Shown here: positions 13,812 to 24,900 of the stretch, one piece after another | Layout of the letters: the number at the start of each line of letters is the position of its first letter | How positions within the stretch are numbered: the first letter of the stretch is position 1 | NCBI RefSeq assembly: GCF_008831285.2 | Contig: NC_045138.2 | Coordinates: forward strand, 29,946,001 to 30,010,000 | Length of the DNA: 64,000 nt | Direction: 5' to 3' | From: Nymphaea colorata | Taxonomy: Eukaryota | Notes under the pieces: generated by a model | What the model saw: only the letters and a program-made list of their open reading frames with translations | Database searches by the model: none | What the model was told of the DNA's origin: nothing | Made by a program: the position numbers and the translations under genes

Positions 13812-14385
13812 TTCGCTCTTCTTAGCAGCTATGAATGACATCAGCAGATAAAACCAACCACATCGAATGACTTTTCTGTTTCCTACTTAAAGAGGTACAC
13901 CGAGGTTCTTTCCATTGCTTCTTAAATTAAATAGCAATTGGTAGCTGGAACACAAGTGTTTCAAGGAACACCAAGTTCTTATCCAAGAGAACAAGTAGTA
14001 ACAATGTTTATTATTTGTAGTAGATTTCTGATGATGATGCTTGATGCCTCAGCATCGTATGGGAGAGAAGAGGGACAAAAGTGTTCTGGTTTTTCGAGAC
14101 TGATGAGTATGTCCTTTCTTTCTTTGATAAGTTTGATGGTAGAGTTACGTTGTTTTTGAAGTCTTTCCTATTTATACTGCAATTGGTTGCTTGTCGTTCA
14201 GGTCCACTGCATCACTGGAGACTTCGACTTCTTTGCCTTTAAGATGTATTAATTGAAGTCCAGGCTCGATGCCTTGAAATGTGATGTTTGTTCCTGCAAA
14301 AGTTTGTATGCGGATGTGTCTGTAAGGTGTTGGGATTGACTATGCCTGGTGGAAGAAACCAGAGGAAAAGTGGTCGTCTGCTCGT

Positions 14386-14494
14386 GGCTGTGCCTTTGCG
14401 GGTGCGCTTGCGGGCCAGCCAAAATAGTTCAATAAAATTTTTCCTTTTTTGTTGTGGGGAGGGTTTCTTAGGGTGTTCTTGCCCGGACCCTCCC
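14386..14494 (+). other. Conserved double stem-loop element, copy B
   Basis: Hairpin 1 identical to copy A; hairpin 2 substitutions retain pairing. Confidence 0.7.
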
Positions 14495-14514
14495 TTGTGA
14501 GTGTCTTCTCTCTT

Positions 14515-14553
<39 letters not shown>

Positions 14554-15192
14554 TACCCCCTTCTCTTCTTTGTGTGTATGAGCCATGTTTATTCCAACAT
14601 CTTGTTGGAACTTGGAACCATTTTGTATGCTCCACTTTTCTCTCTTTAAGCTCTCCTTGTTTCAACATCATGTTGGAATCATTTTGAGTAATGCGCATGT
14701 GCTCTCTCTCTTCTCCATGTGTATGATCTCTGTTTGATCCAACATCTGTTGGAACCATATTGAATGATATTCCAATCCAACCATTTTGAGTAATGATGAA
14801 TAGTAGCATATCTCCCTCCCTCTTTCTCTTTAATAGCTTTTGCCAATAGCACATGATCAGTAATATCCTGAGAGATTGGCACAACAACTTGGGCCTGCAG
14901 CTGGTAGGCGGCCAGTTGCATGTTCGAGTGTCTTGAGCATCAACTTTCTATGCTGCAAATGAAAAGGCACCAGTGTACAAGTTATAGCGCGTAATGAATG
15001 CCACTCTCTTCTCTCTCTCTCTCTCCTCAACCTCACCCCACTCTTTAATGGAATCTGCCATTTGAGAACCAACATGAATATTACCAAAGAGGTCCACATA
15101 AAGACTTGGGCTTGTGGCTGGTAGGCGGCCAGTCACTAGTTTGATCATCATCTTTCTATGCTGCAAAACTGGTGCACTAGTTTGAGCATCAT

Positions 15193-15201
15193 CTCTCTCT
15201 C

Positions 15202-15257
<56 letters not shown>
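15193..15257 (+). repeat. (CT)n microsatellite
   Basis: About 32 CT units with one interruption. Confidence 0.95.
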
Positions 15258-15260
<3 letters not shown>

Positions 15261-16832
15261 AATATCTTGTAATAGATGAAAACAATCACACAAATTTTGT
15301 TGACGCATCACATCGGTGCTGCACAAGTTGAAGAACATTTGGGGTGTCACTGCATAATCATCAAAAGCAACATTGGACCTTGGAACGTGGGACGAAGAAG
15401 GGAGACTTCATCGCTCGAATGGTGGGACCTCCTTTCATTCGCGTGGAATGCCATCGCTAGTTATGGCCATCGCAAGACCCTACACATACTTCTCCAAACT
15501 TCTCAAGTTCAGCACATTTCATCACATCTTGGTTTACAGGTATGAGTATGCTTCTAATTGATGGTTGCAATCTGACTTAGTTGAGAATGCACTGAATTTA
15601 TGTGCAATGAGTATTTAATGATTTAAGATAAGTTTGAAATCGTAGGATTATTCAGACTTCTTGCATCTTCATTGTTTTCGAGAACATTTGATTATATTTT
15701 AGAGCATGTGGTAGCACACATAGTAACGATGATAGATTTGCTCCTCAACATGAAATTGCACTTCGATACAATTTCCTTCTTCTGTTCATAATCAGGAATG
15801 ATAAAGATCTCGAACAAGGAGTTGCACTTGCCTGTTCATAATCGTGCATGATAAATCTGTTCAACATATATAAAGTTGCAGTTCTTGTTCTTCTGTTCAT
15901 AATCACGCACGGTATGGTAAACTAACTTGTTTGGTCCTTTGGCGTTGGGAGCAAGTGATCTTGGCGGCGCACCACGCCTATCCATAGGAAGATGTTGCTC
16001 GATGGGAGTTGCGGCTAAGGCCTTTGTAAGCATGTACGTGGAGCTTTTGATGATCTTCTCTTGGAGTTGCTGCCATGGCTGTTCGATCACGGTTTTTGCT
16101 GTTATATTGAGCAGCTTGAACTTTGGAATTTCCCGAGCCGAATGACTGCCACAATGTCCAATCATTTGCAGGTTGGGGAGAACAGCCGCTATGACCTGCC
16201 TTTGGAATCGTCTTCAGAAGAATGGAAACATCATCCAAAGAATAATTCTTACGAACTCTTAGGACTCCGCCTGCCTGGTAATCTTGCCGCTACAATCGCC
16301 GTGTAGGACATCTGCAAACTCTTTTAAGTTTTTCTTCCATCTTGTACTTGGTAGGATTTTAACTTTTTTTTTTTTCTTTTTCTTTTGTGGGTTGACCCCT
16401 CGGCTGTTCTTGAATGGGTTGCTTTACCTTGTTTGCATTCAGGTTTTTGCAGATCTGCAATCTTTTGTGTTGGCCGGTCGGCTGTTCTTATTTTCCGGCT
16501 CCTGAATGGGTTGCTTTACCCTATTTGCGTTAAGGTATTTGCAGATTGGCAGATTAATATTGCCATATGTTAATAGGTTTCATAAGAGTTATTTTGTTTT
16601 TGAAGTCTTGTCTATTTATACTTGTAATTCAGGGTCCATTGCTTCACTACTGGAGGCTTCTTTTTGCCTGTGCAAGATGTAGCGATCGGCGTCCTTGTTT
16701 GGCTCCTGGGAAATTGTGATCTATTGTTCCTAGAAGGGTTGTTTGTCAGACTGTAATTAAGACGTTGAGAACGTATGTCTGTGGATGAGGAGATGTCTGG
16801 CTTTGCATGTGTTCTTGTGGTCGTGCGTTTGA

Positions 16833-16937
16833 GGCTGTGCCTTTGCGGGTGCGCTTGCGGGCCAGCCAAATTATTTAATAAAAATTTTCCTTTTTCTTGT
16901 GGGGAGGGCCGCGGGCGTTCTTGCCCGGGCCCTCTCC
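16833..16937 (+). other. Conserved double stem-loop element, copy C
   Basis: Hairpin 1 identical to copy A; hairpin 2 outer stem GAGGGCC/GGCCCTC is fully Watson-Crick. Confidence 0.7.
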
Positions 16938-19807
16938 TCTGCGCCTGTCCTCTCTCTCTTCCCCTCCCTCTCTACTTTGTCTCTATGAGCTTTGTTTAAC
17001 CCAACATCTTGTTGGCACCATTCCAACATTTTAAGTAATTTGTGTTTTTGCTCTCTTAACATCTTGTTATGGGACCAAAAATGTTAGTAGCATTTCTCTT
17101 GTACATTCAGTGACTTGTTCTTATTCAATTTTGTTCATGCATTTCCATTTTGTCGACCCTCTCTCTGTCTCTCTCCTCTTTGTGTGTATGATTTCTCTTT
17201 GTTCCAACATCCAATTGAAACCATTTTGCGCAATGTTGAAGATGTAATCTCTCTCTCTCTCTTTCTCTCTCTAAAGAGGTTGGTACAACAGCTTAGGCCA
17301 GTAGCTGGTAGGCGGCCAGTTGCTGGTTTGAGTTTCAAAGTGTCATCCTCTTGTGCTTTAAACAGGAGGGCACTGAAGCACATTAAGGGTGTTACTCCCT
17401 AAGTACCCAAAACAGACCCTTGAAAGGAGAGGAGGGAGAAGGAGGAGGCTTAACCCTTTCCTTGGAATTCCATTCACAGGAGTTACCGTCATGAATTGTG
17501 GACATCACAAAACCCTACATGCATGGACTTCACAAAACATCTGTCATGCACCAGAGCTCTTCGCATCCTGCTGCACATGTATGCCTATCTTTCGTTGTTG
17601 GTTGTTGGTTGCAATGTTTCGTTTTTCATTATTTGAGGGCAACACTGATTATCTTAAATGCAATGAGTATTTAATGATTAAGTTTGAAATTATAGGATTA
17701 TTCTAAGTTTTTTGCATCTTCATTAGTTTGAGTTTATATTTTGTGGTATGTTGTAACACATATAGCTATGATGATAGACAAAGCGCTTCAACGTGGAGTT
17801 GCTCTTCGAGACCACTTTGTGCTTCAGTTTATAACTAGGCATGACAAACATCTTGAACCTGGAGTTGCACTTGAACTTGGGCATCGTTTTGTATTTAAGT
17901 TCACAATTAGGCATGATAAATCTGTTCAACGTGCAGTTGCATTTTGAAACATTTGGTTGAAACTTGATCCATTTTCTTGTATGGAAGAGTTGGTGAAAGT
18001 TGATAAGTTCCAGACGGATGGTTGTGTTGCCGTTGCACCAATCTGTTTTCTAACAACTTGTGGATTTCTTCCTTCTACTCTTTGCTCATTCGGAATATTC
18101 GTAATTGTTTCTTTGTGGTTGTTGTGTTCTTCACAGAAATGCTGCAATGAAGTTTAGAGAGAGAGAGGGAGAGAGGGCAAGCTACTCCATGTACAATGGC
18201 TGTGTGCACGACAGTGGATAATGATGCAAATAATATGATCAATAAAAGTGAAGAAGTTTTCTTGCTCAAACGAGTCTCCTGTCCTCCACCTAATGCACCT
18301 CACAGTTTCATGTTACAGAAGCGCTGCAGTGAATTTTAGAGAGAGAGAGAGAGAGATATCCCAAGCTAGCCCATCTACGATAGCCGTGTGCACAAGAGCG
18401 GATGATCGATGCAAGTAACTATGTTTTATTGCAATAAAGAAGTTTTTTACTTGGACAAATGAATCTCACGTCTTCTACTTAATGTATCTGATCGTTTCCT
18501 GATTGAAGTATATCTTATATTTGTTAATGGAAGGACGCTTCTGGGCATGCTTGTCTCTTAAGCAACAGTGTCATGTTTTGATGTTTTCCATGGATCGATT
18601 GCAACTTTTGGTAGCCGATCGAGGACGTGTGCTAGCCAAGAAAAGAAAAGAGAGCATATGTTGTCCAACTGAGGCTTCGAAATACTTATTCGCAAGATTA
18701 AGACTGATCGAGAAAATTTTGCACTGAGAACAGTAATATTAAAATCTGCCCCAAAACTCAGCAGTTCTCAATGCCAAACGGCTCCATGGCGCAGCTGTTT
18801 TTCAATAAGACCTCATTTAGTATTAATCATCTTCTGCTTCATCGCGATTGTCTAACCCAATATGCGATTGAAAATAATCGAAGAATGATTGAAATTAAAA
18901 GATGAACCAAACAATGTGTGGTCTCGTTGATGAAGAGGAAACAACTTTAGTGATTTTGTGCTCATGATTGCCGCTAATGCCAGCTTATCGATTAGTTAGA
19001 TTAAAAAAAAAATGACCTCAGTGATCTCTTAGATTTTTCATATGTTCAGACAGACAAATTTAACATTAGGTTGCTATCTAATAGTTGCCACTCAAAATAA
19101 GGGAAAGGGCAGATACACAAGTGGAAATTTCCATTCCTTTTTCTGTTTATTTTAAGTTGGAAAATTTTGCTCTGTGTGAAGTAGATCTACCTCCGTTCCC
19201 ATTATAATTCGGCTGCTGATGTTGCGAAACAGCCGTAGCTTAGAGGGGAACTAAAAGCTAGGCAAGGAAAGCACTGGAGGCTTCACTGAACGAATGAAAA
19301 GTTTTTATCAGCTCCTGCAAGCTGAAGCCAAGCACGAAATGAAAATTTTCAGGAAAAAATGACCTCTAATTGTCGTTTGTATGTATAAAACGCGCTATTA
19401 TCAGATGCCCATTTTCTGCTACGCTATCATAATTTTTTCCTTCAATAACCAGTGTTTGGGATTGAATTCTTTTTTCAAATTCAGGGCCTAGAAAGCTAGG
19501 ATTAATAAGAAAACGAAAGTACTCGAGAAGAAAAGAGAGAAAAAAAAAGAGATGACTATGCCATGCCTGTGCTATGCTCTGTAATCGAAGCAATCTCCAT
19601 CAGGATGTCTGTTATGAGAAGTTAGTGACTATGCCATGCCTCTGTGACACTAGTCAGGGCAAGTCATCTGCTCGGGTTCCTCAGCTGCCATACAAGTGTT
19701 GAAACCACACTGATGCAAGCAAGACTAGTGAATCTTCTGAAAAAGAACAACATGAGGAGCTCAAATTGGCACACACTTTCTTCTTCTTTCTCTACATGAA
19801 AACTTTT

Positions 19808-20010
19808 TAGTGCCTTGATGTTGCGCTTCTTAGGCCACTTCTGAATTCTCGAGTATCTCCATATAAGAGTTATTCTTGATGGTCATAATGCTGGCAGGAT
19901 TCACGAATAGCGTCTCGCCGTGGATTGCCTGTTTGATCCTGCTTGTTTGAGTATCCTTCTCCATCAATTTGGCGGCCCATGAAATCGGTAGAGTTATGCC
20001 GTTTTCCTTC
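19808..20010 (-). pseudogene. Degenerate copy of the RopGEF last-exon 3' end (with its 3' flank at ~19180-19807)
   Basis: Aligns to 24901-25115 (TTAGTGCCTTGATGTTG..., CCTGTTTGATCCTGCTT, CCCATGAAATC). Residual peptide LFVNPASIMTIKNNSYMEILEN vs [22 protein letters not shown], with frameshifts and a deletion. Confidence 0.85.
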
Positions 20011-21582
20011 GCCTTAGAATTCATCTTCAGGATCCGAAGAACAAATGTAAGGCGGTTAAACCAAATGTTTATCTGTGATCTTTAAAAAAAAAAAAAGATC
20101 TGGACTTATCCAAAACCAGTGCTTGTCTATATATAGAGGATGATTCAGTGTAAGAAAGAGGTAGAAATTTATGAGGCGTTCAGACTTCGGGAAGAGGAGG
20201 AAGTAATTCTTACACGGTGTTTCTCCACTGTGAGATGCTCGTCCCCGTCCAGACGCCAGAAGCCGATCGACCATCTTTGTCTGCAAACAGGGTGCACCCC
20301 TTCATCTCCCACAGTAAAAGAACAGAGGTAAGATCCTGCAACTCAATATTCTGTTACAAATTAACTTGACATGAACGTATCCAATGGGTGTTTGAAACCC
20401 AACATATATCTCCTGCAGGGTGAAGAACAAGAACTCCAAATGTCAAAACAAAGGCTTAATAATCAAATGGAGAAAGGCCATGAAAAACTAAATTTAGCTT
20501 CGTTTCTTTGAACAAGCTTTTGCGGTTTTCTTTTTTTCTTGTCGTGGTCAACTCGTTCTTTGGTCTTGAATTGTCCAGTCTGGTTGTTTTACCCCATTTC
20601 CGTTCTGATCTTTGCAGATCAGTTCAAGTTTTTGGTTGTCCGGTCGCCCACGGTTCTTATAATGGGTTATTTTAGCCCGTTTGCGTTCAGGTAGTGGCAG
20701 ACTCGCAGGTTCTTCCCTTCTAGCAAGCTTTCCTTCACATTTATTTAGATTTGGAGCTTATTTCCTCCTATTCTTTTTGCAATTAATTTCTTGTATAAGG
20801 CTGGTTTAATTTCTTTTATTAATGATGCTTCTCGGAGAAAGATTAACCCCATGAAGTCATTTCTTGCTACTCACTGTTGATCGGCTAAATAAGTAGAATG
20901 GTTTCTTGCCGCTAGGAGACTTGTTCTTGCTCCATTTCTTGAAAATTTATAATCTCTTCCCGAAATATCCTGCGTCTTCTTCATTCTTTTCTCAACATGT
21001 AAGTTGATGATTCTCGTAGGCATGCTATGTTCTTTGTTGATGTGGGACTCCTGTATCCTTGTCCTCTTCTAATCTTTAGGATCTGTTTGCTTCGTCATTG
21101 ATACTCTTGTCCAAGATTTTGATTGTGATTATTTTTCTCCAGATGGTAGAACTCCTCATGGGGGATCGGTCATGCCTAATCAACGTGGGGGCTGGAGGAG
21201 TGGGATAAAAGCGTCTGCTGGTTGAAGGATCAGACAAGACAAGTTTGTTCCTCCTCTCTATAACATGTTTGACAATAAGAGTTATGTTGTTTTGAAGTTT
21301 TATCTAGTATTTATACTGGATTTCGTTACTTGGTATTCAGGGTCCCATTGCTTTACTACTGGAGGCTTCGTTACCTGCAAGATATAGCGATTGGCCTTCC
21401 ATGTTTGACGCCGATGGGAAATGACGATCCGTTCCTCTGTTCCTGCATGTAGATGTTGTTTGTGGATTTGTCTGTAAAAGTACAAGAATAACTATGTTCA
21501 TATGGTTTCTGAACCTGGTCGACAAAGGGGGAGGATGACAGGATGTATGGCTTGGCATGTGTTCTTGTGGTCGTGTGTTGGA

Positions 21583-21690
21583 GGCTGTGCCTTAGCGGGT
21601 GCGCTTGCGGGCCAGCCAACATATTTAATAAAATTTGTCCTTTTTCTGTTGAGGGAGGGTTTCGCAGGGCGTTCTTGCCCGGGCCCTCTC
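21583..21690 (+). other. Conserved double stem-loop element, copy D
   Basis: One change in hairpin 1 (in the TT bulge); hairpin 2 core as in copy A. Confidence 0.7.
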
Positions 21691-21700
21691 TTGTGCGTGT

Positions 21701-21736
<36 letters not shown>

Positions 21737-22759
21737 ATATATGAGCTTTGTTTGTTCCAACATCTTGTTGGCACCCTTTTGTCTTGCATGCTTTTGCTCA
21801 GCTAACATCTTGTTAGAGAGCCTGACATGTTATTTGCACTTTGCACTCTCTCTCTCTCTCCTTTTTTAATAGCTTATGGGAGTTGAAGAATCTTCGGCCT
21901 TCGCTTAGATGGTGGGAACTCCTTCCCTCATACAGATTACCGTCCCAAAATGGATTTCTCCAACAATCCCATCACATCATGGTGCGCAGGTATGCATGTC
22001 ATTCCATTTGTTAATCACAAGATTTTCTTTTGCCTTTCTTGAGAGCAACATTGATTATCTTATATGCAATTCGTATTTAATAACTTAAATTAAGTTTGAA
22101 AGTGTAGGATTATTCAAAGTTTTTGCATCTCCATTGGTTACCAAAAGGTTTGTTCATATTTTATAGTATGTGGCAGCACATATGGTTAGAATGAGAGATA
22201 AGCTCTTCAACACGGAGTTACCCTTCGAGACCACTTTGTGCTTCAGTTTACAATCAGGCATGATAAAGATCTTGAACATGGAGTTTGCAGTTGAAGTTCC
22301 ATGTTTTAAAATATTTCTGAAACGGGGTTGTGCAGTTGCTATTGAAAACTATGGATCTGACATGCTATGATCTTAGATCTCGGGGTCCAAATTAGTTATG
22401 CGTTTTCTAAGCACTGAACCGAGCATAATCTTCTGCTTGTCTTTTTCTGAATTTCGGGAAATGGGTGTCCCACTGGTTCGCCTGTTCACATTTTTTTGTT
22501 CCCCTGTTTATCATCTTTTTCAGTTTGAATGATTCACACACGCTGATCACCTTTTCTAATTTGTAAGATTGGGACTACTTGTCCAGCAACCGGAGGCTGG
22601 CTGTGTTTCTGATGCACCAAGCTGTTCTGTAACTGCTTGTGGATTTCTTGCTTGTACTCTTCGCCCATTCGCAGAATTGATCATTGTTTCTTTGTGGCTG
22701 TTGTGTTTTTTCACAGAGATGTTGCAGTGAAGTTTAGAGAGAGAGACAGAGGCCAAGCT

Positions 22760-23350
22760 AAAGGCGATAACGGTGCTAGCGATAAGGAGGCAACTGGCTG
22801 AACAAGTTACTATATTTATCGACTACACAGAAGATAATGAAGCAGCTGTCAAACAGGGAGGCGTCGAAGTGTAGAGCTTGATCTATACTTAGAATTTTTG
22901 TGAAGGCATTCGTGTAATTTGTTTTTGCATTTAAAAGGTTTGTTCTAACTCCTAATCCTCATTCAGAGGGGGGCGATTTTTTGTATTCTTTGATCCATAG
23001 TGAAAAACTCTGTACGACCGTGGATGTAGGAGAAATTTGTCTCCGAACCACGTAAAATCCTTGTGTCGTCTTCTTCCTTCTCTTCTTCTGTTTCTTCTCT
23101 TGGTATCATAAGTGAGAGAAAGAGAGGGTCTCGTTCTTAGCTTCTAATCCTTGTGTCGTCTTCTTCCTTCTCTTCTCCTGTTTCTTCTCTTGGTATCATA
23201 AGTGAGAGAAAGAGAGGGTCTCGTTCTTAACTAGAAGCGCAACAACTAAACAAGGAAATTTTCAGGTGTAACGATCGAAACAATCCTTGTAATTGAGGAA
23301 ATAATCTTGTTGGTTGTTGTAATTCGAATATAAATAAAGGAAGATCAAAC
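22760..23350 (+). mobile_element. Insertion in unit D containing a Copia-type LTR relic
   Basis: Absent at the homologous position of unit C (~18180). Contains GTGGATGTAGG...CCGAACCACGTAAAATCCTTGTGT (23020-23066), a motif common in plant Ty1/copia LTRs, and a possible LTR end ...GCAACA at ~23243. Has an internal 84-bp duplication (23056-23139 / 23146-23229). TSD not found. Confidence 0.55.
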
Positions 23351-23660
23351 GACATGATTTATTGGAGAAGTTTTCTTGGTCAAACGGGTCTCATGTTTTC
23401 TACCTAATGCACCTGAGAGTTTTGTGTCACAGAAAAGCTGCAGTGAATTTTAGAGAGAGAGGGAGAGGACAAAGTGGAATTTCATTGATGAAAAACAAGT
23501 TCGGCTGACAAGAGGTCACCAAGAAACAAAGGCAATCGAACCAAAGAATAAGGGCAACAAAAGAGAAAAGACACTGAACAAAAACAAGTGTAAGGAGAGA
23601 GAGAGAGAGAGGGAGCCCAAGCTAGTCCATCTACAATAGCCGTGTCTACAAGAGCGGAAG

Positions 23661-23691
<31 letters not shown>

Positions 23692-24900
23692 TTATTGAAA
23701 TGAACAAGTTTTGTACTTGCTCAAAAGAATCTCATGTCTTCTATCCTAATGCATCTGGTTGTTTCGAAGTGTATCTATGAGCATACCCCAAAAATAGGGC
23801 AAATTCATGAAATACTTTAACAAGTGTTTTATGAATGTAGCTCACTTTTTTGGGCAGTTTCATGAAACAACTGTTGACAAACCGATCTCACAATTGATAC
23901 ATATCGATCATTTTTGACAAGCTATACGTGTGAAGGCCTCTCGTAACACCTCAACGCTATTCCAAGTCTACAGGTTTGTGGAAATCGGTGGTGACTTTGG
24001 TTCATTTTCAGAATTGTATGTTAATGCATGAATTTAATGTGCGTCGAGCCGTTGTAGGTAATTAAATGTCTCTATAAGAAAATACAGTATTTTTGAAAGA
24101 CAAGTTTTCTTATTTTATGTTTAAAGAACATTATGTGCTTGTTTCAAGAAACATGTACCATTATGTATGACATTTGATTGTCATATTCGAAAAATAATAT
24201 TTATAATCATGCTATGTTTCCTAAAATAAGGACAAGGTGTTTATGAATAATGTGCTTTAAGAATCTGTGTAGTACAATATATTCTTATCAAACTGGATGA
24301 AGCAGTGTTCTAAGAAGTTGGAAAATTTTTTTCTATGTGAAAACTGGATCTACAGCCATTCCCAGTGGAAACTGGTCGGAGATCTTGGAAAACAGCCGTA
24401 GATAAACCAAGCACGACTGAATTTTTTCAGGAGAAAATTAACCTGTAATTGCTGTTTGTATGCGCTATTATCAGATGCCTGTTTTATGCTATGACAAATT
24501 TTCCGCCATTAACCGGTGTTTGAGATTGAATTTCTTCTCCAAATTCATGACCTAGAAAGCTAGGATTAAGAAAAGGAAAGTACACAAGAAGAGAGGAAGA
24601 AAAGGGAAAGAAGAGGTCTCACGAAGATTCCTTTGCCAAATTTATACAACTACAATGATCAATCTACGCTCTGTAATCGAAGCAATGTCCTTCAGGCTTC
24701 TGTCATGGGAAGTTAGTGACTATGTCATGCCTCTGTGCCTCTAGTCAGGACAAGTCATCTGCTCGGATTCTTCAGCTGCAATACAAGAGTTGAAAGCACG
24801 CTGTGATGCAAGCAAGACTAGTGAATCTTCTGAAAAACAACAACATGAGGAGCTCAAATTGGCACACACTTTCTTCTTCTTTTTCTCTACACGAAAAGTT

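Noticed and set aside
23101..23112. tRNA-Met primer-binding site (TGGTATCA)
   Set aside because: The match stops after 8 nt (TGGTATCATAAG rather than TGGTATCAGAGC), it is not preceded by an LTR-terminal CA, and no gag/pol sequence follows.
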